DNA of 38,042 nt. Source: Asterionella formosa. Taxonomy: Eukaryota. The notes beneath the pieces were generated by a model that was not told the origin of the DNA, did not search any database, and saw only the letters and a program-made list of their open reading frames with translations. The position numbers and the translations under genes are program-made. Location of the stretch: the NCBI GenBank assembly GCA_002256025.1, contig NKIB01009402.1, positions 62,001-100,042 on the forward strand, written 5' to 3'. Of this stretch, positions 22,311 through 33,466 are shown one piece after another (position 1 is the first letter of the stretch; each line of letters starts with the position of its first letter).

Positions 22311-23800
22311 CTACCAACATAAAGCGGATACAGGGCAGTAGCAGACGTCGCTGCAATTCAGAAGGGGTGGACAAACAGAAACATAGAATCCTGCATTACA
22401 AACTTCAGACGGAACTGTCCCTTTCAAATTGGTTGACCCAAAATCCAATGTTCCTTTTGTCGCAATCGTGGGAAAGTATCATTAGTAAGTGGCAGCATGC
22501 GTGCTTCATAGTATATTGAAATATCCAGTCACTCACCCAGCTGCTTCAGGAGACCAATCTGTGTGGGTAATTTACCGATAAACTCATTGTACTCGATCCG
22601 AACTTCTTTGAGGTTCAAGAGTAGTCCAATCTCTGTGGGGAGAGTACCAGAGAGTTGATTTTGAAAAACAAGAAGTGACGTTAAGCCTGTCAAGAATCCG
22701 ACTTCCGTGGGAAGCGTGCCGTTGATCTGTTTGCTATCTACGTCAAGTGATAAAAGGTTCGACATGAGACCGATTTCTGTTGGAAGTGTGCCAGTAATCT
22801 GATTGGCACCTATTGTCAATAATTGAAGCATCATTAACAGACCAATCTCTGTTGGAAATGTTCCAGTGAGATTTTGATGACTTAGATATAGTTGTTCAAG
22901 GTCTGTCAACAATCCAACTTCAGTGGGAACTGTGCCAGTGAGCTGGCTGTCAATCAACCAAAGTGTTCTCATGCTTGTCATGAAACCAACCTCCATGGGA
23001 ACAGTGCCATTGAATTGATATCCTTGTAAATAGCAACCAGTGAGTTTGTTCAGTCGACCAATCTCAGTTGGTAATGTGCCAATGAGTTGGTTGTCAAAAA
23101 GAGAAACAACCTGTAGACTCGAAAGGTGACCAAGTGATGAGGGAGGCTCACCACTAAATATATTGACTGGCAATTCAAGATTTTCAAGGCCTGTCAAAAG
23201 ACCAATTTCTGTTGGAATCGTGCCTTTCAATTGATTTGCGGACACGTCTAATATATTGAGGTTCGTCAAGAGTGCCAGTTCACTTGGCAATGTTCCAGAG
23301 AGGGAATTTCCCCGCAACAATCAAGTATTCTTTGTAGCAACAAGATATAGCATTTTGCAGGAATGAGATAAGCAGCATTCATTCCGTATAGTTTTTTCTT
23401 CATCCCCACTAGTCTCGTTTGAACGTCCCTAAGCTTGATAAATAAGAAATTTAGCCATAAAGGGCGTTTCTGGACAAATCTAAGGAAATTATTGTGTTGT
23501 TCTTGTTACATATCAAGGGGGGGGCGGGNNNNNNNNNNTTTTGGGATTAAAAAATAAAAAAACCCCCCCCCCCCCCCCCCCGGCACTTCTCAACCAGGGT
23601 GAACTGCCACCAATAGCAGAGTCAAAAACATAGCTCGACCATGATGTTCCGGAGGTCGCGTAATTTAGGGTTGCCAGGGCGTAGAGTCGTAGCAGATTGT
23701 CCTCGAACAACATGATTGGAGTTCCGACACCGCTTGAATATTTTCCAACCAGACCATTGCCAGCTTTTGCGGGAATAAATCATTTGAGAGCGCAGCCCTA
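22311..23800 (-). pseudogene. Leucine-rich repeat (plant-specific/RLP-type LRR) gene, disrupted or mis-assembled at its 5' half
   Basis: About 11 24-aa repeats GTLPTEIGLLxxLxxL (22537-23320). Intron 22454-22536 leads to a Cys-rich tail GTLDFGSTNLKGTVPSEVC...CYCPVSALCW*. The N-cap RLYALATLNYATSGTSW...PWLRS (~23580-23700) is separated by a frame break and an N gap. Confidence 0.75.
23529..23538. other. Assembly gap (10 N) flanked by G and C homopolymers
   Basis: nnnnnnnnnn preceded by a G run and followed by A and C runs. Confidence 0.95.
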
Positions 23801-23859
23801 TTATCAAATGATACTCCCCTTTTTCAATGCAAGAATTCATTGTGCTGCCTGCCGACAAG

Positions 23860-24150
23860 ACCTGTGCTTCCCTAGTTTTATTAGCATAGGTGAGTCCCCA
23901 ACCACCCTTCACGAAAGGTGATCGTCTTAGCCGCAGCATTAGGGGAAACTCCGACCACCTAGGAAGGTGGCACAAGCTGCTTGTAGGGGGAAACCCACTA
24001 TTTTCTTGCATACCAGGCAAGACCGTGCGGGACGGTAAGGAGTGTGGGAGTCGAACTCAACAATTGCTTCTCAAAAAAATTGCGGGAATCGAACCTCACA
24101 ACCTCAGATCAAAGAAGGCAATGCGCTCAACCAGGCTGATGAATGTGACC
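23860..24150 (-). mobile_element. tRNA-derived SINE-like element or tRNA pseudogene
   Basis: Minus strand 24150-24081 reads ...agcctggttgagcgcattgccttctttgatctgaggttgtgaGGTTCGATTCCcgca followed by a T run (A-box-like segment plus B-box at 24085-24095). A second B-box AGTTCGACTCC lies at 24047-24057, followed by a GC-richer body. The acceptor stem does not pair. The 3' end is approximate. Confidence 0.55.
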
Positions 24151-24842
24151 AAAAAATAAACTTTTTTAGAACATATTTACAAAAGTGAAGTTCAAATTCA
24201 ATCTTAAATAGCTGGTGCAGATGCGAGCAAAGCAGCTTGATCAGAAGGGAATTTACTGCCCTGACAAAAAAGTTGCAGTATCAATGTAAAAACTAATGCC
24301 TTGACATGGGGCAGCCCCCCCCCCTTCTGAGTGATGTTTCTTCTCATAAGGAAATTTACAATGCTATTACTGGGCTAGGAAGGGGGGAACACAATGACAA
24401 CAAGGGAAAAGCAACAACATGTGAGTGCCATGGTGATCAGCATGCTAACAAGAAAAGACGCGAAATATGTAATTATTAGTTAGGGTTATGAATTTAATTG
24501 GTATACTAGGCCTACACACGTCTACCCGGTAGGGTTTCTGTAAACATTTGCATCCCATCATCATCAGCAGGTGTATGCATAAATAATAACCGTATCTGAG
24601 TAGACTACCTTGTTCCAGGGTACCTAGTGGGTATATGATGTACAAAAGGCATCATTTTTTGTTCTACAAAACAAAGTCCCGGGACACACGACAACATGAA
24701 GAATTCTGGAGGATATAGATGAAAGGAAACTACCGGTACATAAATATTGGCTGTTTATCAATCATCATTTCATCGTATATTTACATGATTGACAAATATT
24801 ATTGCTTGCAATGTCAATAATTAATATAATGATACTTCCACG

Positions 24843-25835
24843 ATGTCCATGATATACGACAATTCCGATGCACGGAGATTTCGACCAAGATATGATTTCG
24901 AAGACACGGCGCATTTGCTACCCCAAGACACGCCGATCCCTTTGTACATTAGATGCTATCGATGCCTCGCCTGTTGCTGCTCGTCTCGACGGAGGCTGGC
25001 TGTAGTCATCCTATTGATCGCTGGCATCAGTTTGACTGTCTTGAATATTGACTCCATTCAACAGCAGTCCCCTCACACTGCCCGCATTCAGTCCTACGGA
25101 TACGTGCACGAACCCAAACACGCCTGGGTCGACCGAGCCATCCATAATAGGCAAGTACCTCACGAGTACCTTCCACTGCCTACAGATTCGGAGTCGATCC
25201 CACTTTGGTACGCCACGCATGTATTGGTTGATTTTGAGTGCCCCTCCCTCAAGCGAGTTGTGGGCAGTGCATCAGACCCCTCCAAGTGGTGGGTTTGCAA
25301 TATAGGCCATTTGGCGTCTATACAGGATTGTGTCATTTATACGACAGGCCCTCCCAATGGGCTATTGGTAGAAACAAAGCTGCAACTATTGCTTCCGGAA
25401 TGCAGCATTCATGTCTTGGATCCCACGAGACTTTCAACGCCTCCGCCAAATTCGACGATTCAAGTTCATACCTTGGGCTTGTCGGCATCGACGAAACTAG
25501 TGAGTCAAAACGATGACCAGAATCATGTTTTGGAAGTCAAGACTTTGCCAGATGTCATGAAAACACTTGGACATGACCATATTGATGTACTGATATTGAG
25601 TTGTCCCAAAGGATGCGAATGGTCTATTTATGAACAGTTGGTGCAAGTGAATATCCACCAACTTATCGTCCAAGTCCATGGAATGCAACACATTAGTTTC
25701 TTTACCAAACTAAGAGAGGCAGGCTTTGTTTTATTTCACAAGGCGCCAACCGATTGGAAAGGTTTGATGGGACAGGCACATGTCTTGTCCTTCCTAAAGT
25801 TGAAGCCACAGTTTTTTAAGCTTGAAAAAAGATAG
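24843..25835 (+). CDS. Methyltransferase-like protein (METTL24/Methyltransf_22-type), type II membrane, 330 aa
   Basis: TM segment LAVVILLIAGISLTVL; motifs FECPSLKRVVG, KWWVC, CVIYTTG, PECSIHVLDP, KTLPDVMKTLGHDHIDVL..C..GCEW, QLIVQVH and GFVLFHK. Confidence 0.8.
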   Translation: MSMIYDNSDARRFRPRYDFEDTAHLLPQDTPIPLYIRCYRCLACCCSSRRRLAVVILLIAGISLTVLNIDSIQQQSPHTARIQSYGYVHEPKHAWVDRAIHNRQVPHEYLPLPTDSESIPLWYATHVLVDFECPSLKRVVGSASDPSKWWVCNIGHLASIQDCVIYTTGPPNGLLVETKLQLLLPECSIHVLDPTRLSTPPPNSTIQVHTLGLSASTKLVSQNDDQNHVLEVKTLPDVMKTLGHDHIDVLILSCPKGCEWSIYEQLVQVNIHQLIVQVHGMQHISFFTKLREAGFVLFHKAPTDWKGLMGQAHVLSFLKLKPQFFKLEKR

Positions 25836-26422
25836 CTACTGTTAGAAGGACATTGTTTATTGAATTGAAACAAATGAGTGCTGCTGGCCAAACATGCTCA
25901 TGTCGTAATGCAACATCAACCTGCAAATACATCAACCTCAAATGGCAAGCATACCACTGGGACACATCATTGAAAACTTTGAACTATATACTGTAAGGAA
26001 TAATGTCCAATAAACAATTGCCATTCTGATTAATTCCAAGTATGTTCATCAGCTGTTTCGTACCAATGAATTGAATTTAAAAACAAATGTTGGACAAATA
26101 ATGACTAATATGTAGTTTTAAAGTGAGACTGATGGTAGTTCCTCCTAACAATGTGGATGAATTCCTAATTCAAATCCAACAGGTGCCACCTGGTAAGCAT
26201 GTATTTTGTTGAAAGCAAGAAACAGATCTTGCCAACATGAGATATGCAATATAAAGACATTTTTCACCAATCCATTTGCAGCTCTGCCATGAAGCAAAAC
26301 TCACAATATAGTGGAGGACTCTTTTGTTGTTTGTTCGACATGATGGACTGTCATCATCATTGTCAAATAAAATGTTGACAAGTACATGCCAAACCAAAGC
26401 AATACATTTATTATTTATTGCT

Positions 26423-27465
26423 CTAGATCAAGGCAGCAAGTGCAGCAACGACAAAGCCAGAGAACAAGATCTTTGGTCTCATTGAATTGCTGCTGTTGGT
26501 CTGAACTTGGCTTGACTGAACTTGGAGTGGACTTGCAACAACAATGGCACAGCACTGTTCCTTGAACATTGATTTGTACTCTTGGCAGGTGTCAGTATCG
26601 CCTGGTAAATTGGCCAGAAACTCAAGCTCACTACATGAGCGGTTGGCTCCTTCCCACTCGACAGCTTGAAAGGAGTCAAGAGTAGAGTCGGCATCACATA
26701 TTCGGCAGGCACCTCCTGAGGCCACTGGGTTGTTACAGTTGCTGTTTGTAGAATGGCAACCACAATGAGAGAAGAAGAATCACGAGAGATGAGGTAGATG
26801 AAAAAATATCAGCTCAGTAGATGCAAATCCAAAATCTGATTAGGACCAACATGATTTACTTACCAGGCGACACCAGCAGTGGCCTGTAATGCAGTACATT
26901 CTTTAGGTGTTTCAACAACATAACCACCAAAAAATTGCTCGACGTACCGACAAGTATAGTCAGTTTGAAAAACGGGCATATTGGGATCAAGAAGAGGAGA
27001 ACGATCCTCGCACAGGGTGCAAGTCGGCGCAAACCCAGAACACCCACAAAGGAGTCGGAACTCATCAAGGGGATCGGGAAAGCTGCCGGCACAGGTGGCT
27101 TGATCGAAAATCGCAAATTTGGCGTTGTCAAATTCGGCGCAGGTAATGCTTGGACCGGGGGCAAAGAACTCCGCTAAGACCAAGTCTGGATAGCCAACAG
27201 CTCCAGCAGGGCAGAGGGAGCACTTCTGCTCAGAACCAGGACAGCCACACACGAAGTCCAAACTGTACGTGCTAAGGAGATGCACACAATTTGGGTCGGT
27301 TTGAATCCCACCACAAGTCAAACCATTAAGCTCGGGATAGAAAGAGTTATCCAAAGGCAAATCTGGGTTTGGAACAGACAAGCCACCTGGACACACGTTA
27401 CAATTTTTCCCGACGACACCAACTGCGAGGAGAGCAATATAAACCAAACGAAGGTTGAAAATCAT
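26423..27465 (-). CDS. Secreted Cys-rich repeat protein with probable GPI-anchor signal; 2 exons (27465-26864, 26741-26423), ~306 aa
   Basis: Signal peptide MIFNLRLVYIALLAVGVVG; four CxxC...TC/SC...C...CGC/CNC/CC units; intron 26742-26863 (GTAAGT..CAG) in frame; Ser-rich spacer and hydrophobic C-terminus FVVAALAALI. Confidence 0.8.
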
Positions 27466-27769
27466 TTTGCAGACGATTATGAATTACATATTATTATGAG
27501 CACAGCACAAACGGAACAAGCGCTTCGCCTGTCGTGGGTCAAACGAGAAGCTGTTTCCAGCGACATGAACGATATACCGGTAGTACGCCAGTGCCATCAG
27601 CGATGAGAACACGACGAAGAAGAAATCTATCATCAAAGCAGGAGGCCTTCTCAAGTATCCAAGCCGCCCTCCCTGATGTCCTTGTTCTTGCTCGGAGCAA
27701 ATCTCTCCTCGCGGGCACATACCAGTGCGCGATACATCATTACTGGCACGTACGTTTACATGAATGAAC

Positions 27770-27852
27770 TTACCGGTATACCTGTGTACAGGTATCCTGT
27801 CCTCCGTACCAGGTACGAGGTACAGTACCGGTACGACTACATATGAGTACCG
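27770..27852. repeat. GGTAC/TACCGG motif cluster
   Basis: taccggtatacctgtgtacaggtatcc...gtaccaggtacgaggtacagtaccggtacg...gtaccgg. Confidence 0.65.
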
Positions 27853-29346
27853 GTCACATGGAAGAACCTTCGCCGTAGTCAAACTTTTGTATTTTCCGGG
27901 CTATTTTAGCCTGTTGTTCCTACATTTAGGTAAAACTTCTTTTTCGAGTTTCACCAAAGTTTCAGTGGAGCCTCTCAACAAATGCCCATGTATAGTAAGT
28001 ACTTTATGTTACTCCTTTCTTATTTTGGAAAAATCGGCCATTAAAGATACCCCTCAAGCTTAATACTATATCACAAGAAACCGCTAGCATTGTTAAATCA
28101 ACCAGCGGATTGACAATGGTGGTGCTTTTGGCTGCGTTTGGTGAACTAATGAACAGGTATAATGATTACAAACTATAAGAATTAATAATTAGATACTATC
28201 ATATGTTTTGAGAGGCACTTTGACAATCTGATGGATCAGGAGGCCATTTGCATGCAATGGCATTTCCAAAAATTGATCTCCAACCAAGAATCCATCTGTG
28301 AATCACAATCTCCCACACTTCCATCTCACTACAACTGTCTACTGAACTAGCCATTTGTTGCTCCCCCTGTCCCTGCTGATCAGTTGTTTGTAGCGTTGCT
28401 TGAAATTGTCGCCAATTGGTTCCTTGTCCTGATGATCGACTTGAAGGATGTTTCTTAGACTTTCATTACACCCGTTTTCTTACTACTACAAATCAACCCA
28501 TTCCTTGTATTATTGTTATAGCTGCTTCCGCAAGAATGAGGAGATACAAAAAAGGAAAACTTGATTGAGATTCTGGTGGACAAAGTTGTGTTTCAATATC
28601 CAGCCAGTCTGCTGGTTGTCACTTACTGTTTGATGGGGTACCTCAGTTTGTTTGCCACACAAGGGACAATGGTAACAATTCCCTCACCTCCAACCTGTTA
28701 CCTAAACCCAATAATCAACTGGTCTGATGTGGTTGCTTGTGAGACATCAAACAATACAAACAAGAAGATGACAGTTGACAAGGATGACAACAACGAAGAT
28801 TCAGGTGATGTGTGATAATGGAATATTTATGGTGCGTGATCTTGCATTGTTCCCTGTGCATAGTATGTAATAATTAGCTTTCCCGTGTTGCTCTCAGAGG
28901 GAGGACTAAGTGTACTTAAAGGTTTCTAAAAAAGAATATATGAGTGATGAATCTCCGAAATTATGACATCAACGCGCGTTGTGATTTTCGGCATCTTCAT
29001 CTCTTGGTGAATCTTGGCAGCATTCCAGACTTACGCTTGTCAGATGAAGAAGTTGAACACGGAAGCAACAGCAATCGACCCCCCATTTCGCTTTGGTTGA
29101 TCAGCATCATGAAAACAATTTTAATTTAGCTAAGAAAACACAAGAATGATTAGGATTTTTTCACAATGACTTTCAATTGCCTATTTCATCAACCAATTTT
29201 TGAAGCACAAAAGGTTGCATGCGCTATACTGTACATAGCGGTACATGATCATATCATATCTACCTGATGATTATAGTAAAGCATGAGGAGGATTCATTGT
29301 TGTATATATAAAATATAACAATGCATAGCTACAGTATACCAGTAAA

Positions 29347-29733
29347 ACAATCTGCATGTATTAGTAGCTATACAACAAAGTAATCAAATCTAATATCACT
29401 CTCTACAGAGACCTTGCACAATTTGTCCACTTTGAAAAAGGTAAGTAGCTAAAACTAGGGTACTAGTAGCTCAATGCTGGTTTTACGAGTCTAAAGGGAA
29501 CAATCTGCATGTATTAGTAGCTATACAAAAAAGTTAATATCAAATCTAATATCACTCTCTATAGAGACCTTGCACAACTCGTCCACTTTTAAAAAAGTAA
29601 GTAGGTAATAATAGGGTACTTGTAGCTCAATGCTGATTTTACGAGTCTAAAGGGAACTATCTGCATGTGTTTGTAACTATACAACAAAGTAATCAAATCT
29701 AACATCAGTCTCTATAACAGAGACACCTTGCAA
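29347..29733 (+). repeat. Tandem repeat, ~153-156-bp unit, 2.5 copies
   Basis: Units start ac(a/t)atctgcatgt at 29347, 29500 and 29656; full units end ttttacgagtctaaaggga. Confidence 0.9.
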
Positions 29734-29937
29734 AGAAAAGGAGTCACATTGCTCTGAACCAAGCAGTTTAGATTGTACAAGGTTTTGTGTTGCACAAAGT
29801 ACTGATTAAATTTCATTTATTTAGTGTCTAGAGCATGGTTCTTGCAGATCTGTCATAATTGTTGCAAAAAGACTAGCAGTGCCGACCTGACACCAATTTG
29901 TCTTGAGCCCTCTAGTATACTAGAAGTATAAATGTGT

Positions 29938-30930
29938 CTAATTGCCTTTGGCCGCGTTCTTCGCTTTGATAATCAGTGGTACCAAAATCACCAACAAAAT
30001 ACCAACGACAAGGCCTCCCAAAATCAAAGTCATTTTCAAATTCTTCCACCTCATTTCCTTCTTGAGGTCACCGGATCTCTTCTTAAAGACATTTGCCTGC
30101 TCGTTGAGTTGATCTGACTTTTCTGCCAAGGTTTCTGCCTTTTCCGTGTTTTTGAGCATGCCGGCAATGTTGTCTCCCATTTGACCTCTGACCTTGTCGA
30201 CTTGTCCCAAGACCGACTGCGCCTTGTCGACATTTTTGGGATCTTCGTACTTGGTGCACTTTTCAGCCAATAGAGTCTTTGTCTTTTTCGAGAGTGAATT
30301 GGTGGGAGCCGTGGTGAAATCTTGTGCGAACTTGGCGCTGAATTCAATGTGTAGTTCCTGTAACATCTTGATGGCAATTCGCGAGGGATATCGGAGGCCA
30401 GTAACCACAGCAATGCCTGCAGTAGGTGTAGTCAGTTTGTAGGAATGGAGAAGAATAGTTAGTGAATGGAATGGAACGCTTTCTATTAGTCGACCATGAG
30501 TAGAGTAGGATTTGAAATTTGAAAACAAGCAGACCATTTCCGTATTCCAACGAACATTACGAATACATAAATAGCACCTTGACGGGTGCATATCCATATA
30601 GAAACGCGCGCATTCATGCTGGTTCAGCAACAATGACAGTCAGATTTATATAAACTTACAACATCCTTCCTTGTCGGCACCATATACCAGCTGATACTCG
30701 TCACTTTGAACGACCTTGAATCCACCGAATCCATTCGACAGGCCGCCAGGTGGGTCTTTGGAAACAGCTTCTTGAATAGCGTCCGCATAGGTTTTATCGT
30801 TTCCTCCGTACAAGGCACCGCTTTGGTGAGATTCAGTGGCACCGGCGTGATCATACTTGGCCACCATTGTAGATGTAGATCCATTGTCCAATCGTAGGAC
30901 TACGCAACAACGCAACTTGTTATCTGCCAT
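29938..30930 (-). CDS. Longin-domain R-SNARE (VAMP7-like); 2 exons (30930-30660, 30416-29938), 249 aa
   Basis: Longin-like N-terminus (C|IAVVTGLRYPSRIAIKMLQEL); synaptobrevin coil VDKVRGQMGDNIAGMLKNTEKAETLAEKSDQLNEQANVFKKRS...MRWKNLK; C-terminal TM; intron 30417-30659 (GTAAGT..CAG). Confidence 0.9.
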
Positions 30931-33242
30931 GATGATAGATGGACTGAACTGAACTGAACTGAATCGTACGAACGAGATCGAAACAAGAATACGAAAAACT
31001 GAGGCGAAAGTAAACGAACCGAAATTGATTTTTATAATCACATGGAAGCAAGATGCACCATATGCGGGCGGGAGTGTGACTTTGGTGCTCGGAGTGGAAG
31101 GGGCACAAACACGCCCACCTACATAATACGTACCACCGGCTTGTACCGGTAGTCATGTAACAAAGGGTATTTGATACGTTTGTAGATGTCCCGGTAGTCA
31201 ATTGTGAAGTCGTGGTACAGTTATAATTATTTAGCTTGGCAGGAGCGTTGTATCTTGAATTTTGAAAGTTTGACCATAGCGACCACAATCATGGCTGGTG
31301 CATCGTCGTGAACAAAGACTTACTTTGGTATACCAGGACTGTTGCGGACGAATTATACGCACCTTTTCCAACACGCCTACCGGTACATATACCGGTATTA
31401 CTTGTAAAAATCAACCCAAGTTGTATTGTTGTATAGGCCTCAAGTATCGTTCTACTCCGGATGGTAAATACCTTAACGGTATTTTTCCGTACTAGATAAC
31501 GAGAAAATACAGTATTGTGCAACAAAGAAAAAATCAACCCGGTTGCATTGACGGTTGATTTTGTACTCCCTTTTTGGTTGAAAAATAAACTCTGATTAGT
31601 CGTAGAAAGTGTGTGATGTTCGTGATGAATATGCACCTGAAGATGGTTATACCAGGTACCGGTACCAGCACCCGGTACCTTGTACACTTGCTATACGAGC
31701 AGTATCCATACTTTAGTGCTACATACGTCATCGTGCTGGCAATAATGATTCCAATTCCAAATTGATTCATGTGTGTCTCTTTTGATTTTTCATTTAATAA
31801 ACCACCCGACTGCCTGGTTGTTTGGAAATGACTGTAACTTTAATCTGATTTAGCCTACAATATTGAGACCTATCTTTATACTTATTCTGCCAGTTGTTAC
31901 CATAGCTAGGATTTGCTTGATTGTTTGACCATTTTGATTAAAGTATCAATTTCCCTTAGTAATGTGTGATGTCATCATTTCAACCCAAATGCCATCACAG
32001 CCGCTTACCTACATAACACTGTAGTTAATAAGCGATACAACATACCGGTAAACACAAGGTGAAGTAAGCAATGTATTGCCCATGAAACATGCAATATACT
32101 ATCATACACCTTTTGATGGATTCATGTACAGGGCACCCGAGGTAGCCCACATAGGCACTAGAATGTAATTATTTAGCTTAGATTATTCTTTTCTCTATTT
32201 AAAACTCTATGGTGTAGTCATTATGAATGGCTGGAGAGCGAATATTGCAAAATGTTGTCTCAGCCTTGACCAGCCATGACAAAGATAACAACTTAATGAA
32301 TAATCAGAACTACTATATTTGGTATGTACAATAACGACATCATCGACATTACAATCAAAACAATAATGCTAATTACACTGAAATTGACAACGAAAATTGA
32401 AGTCGCTGATGGCACATTTTTTCATGTAAATCAGTGATGCACAATTTTTAAAATAACATGTTACAAGGAGCTTTGACACTTTTGCAGTAACTACACAACA
32501 AATAAGACTACGACTACGTCGATAATATGAAGAATTGGAGCAACAGATTCTAAATAACTTATTTTTATCTACTGAGAATTGATTGATTACGAATTGGCAA
32601 GTTGTATAGTGGTGAAAGCTGACAAATGTCAAGTATGCTGTCAAAACTACTAGTAATACCCTATAGTTAATGTTTGGCAGCCCCTTCAAGCAGCATACAT
32701 TTGAGTGCTTACAGGAGTACAGAACATCATTATGAAATAATGCTACACATAGCGATCCACTGTTATTACCAGCATATTGTTGACATAGTACTCGTAGACT
32801 AATAATGCTGGTAAATCTCTTTCCTTCTGTAGTGAGACATGCAGTCATGTACATATGAATTAAGGACTGTGCATGCTTGTCTACAAAGTTTAAGAAAAAT
32901 ATCGTACTTATAAGATCAGGGGTATCATACGATAACTGGCACAGAATTTTTCTGTGCATGATACATATTTCGTTATATGTATGATAAATGCATACTATGA
33001 AAGTGAACAGGCTAAGCTTACTCATAATAATCAAACCACCATATAACTATCAAAACATTATCCTATGATGTATATTCTTTATCATATACCTATCCTGCCT
33101 TATATGATGGTAACTCTAATCGAAATAGCTGTTAGAAAAGGGTTGAAATGGATTGTAATTTTACTGTTATATCACGAAATCATTTTCATGTTTCTACATT
33201 TCTTGTGGTTAAACAGCCAATGTTCCCCTTTCATATTCTTGT

Positions 33243-33466
33243 CTCAATGCTCTTGATGCATGCCGCATGCCTCCTGCCTCCCTTCAATGCTTGTGAGGAT
33301 GCATGCCTCCCCCAACTCTCTTCAATGCTCTTAAAGATACATGCCTCCCGCTTCCCTTCAATGCTCTTGAGGATGCCTGCCTCTCCCCCGCTTCTCGTCA
33401 ATGCTCTTGAGGATACATTGCATCCTGCCTTCAAATCTCTTGATGCATGCCTCCCGCCTCCCTTCC
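33243..33466 (+). repeat. Degenerate minisatellite, ~33-40-bp unit, 6 copies
   Basis: Consensus approximately tcaatgctcttgaggatgcatgcctcccgcctccct. Confidence 0.85.

Noticed and set aside
24081..24150. Functional tRNA gene
   Set aside because: The acceptor stem and D arm do not pair; it was kept only as tRNA-derived.
28200..29130. Possible TE or coding relic
   Set aside because: Only short ORFs, with no diagnostic motifs or terminal repeats found.
32130..32162. Possible Helitron 3' end (gggc...gccc hairpin then CTAG)
   Set aside because: The stem is very short, CTAG is not followed by T, and no 5' TC end or RepHel trace was identified.
32369..33034. 221-aa minus-strand ORF
   Set aside because: Non-ATG track start, Cys/Ile/Phe-rich composition typical of AT-rich non-coding DNA, and no motif.
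33243..33466. CRISPR-like spacing of ~37-bp repeats
   Set aside because: Units are contiguous and degenerate, with no unique spacers and no cas genes; the context is eukaryotic.
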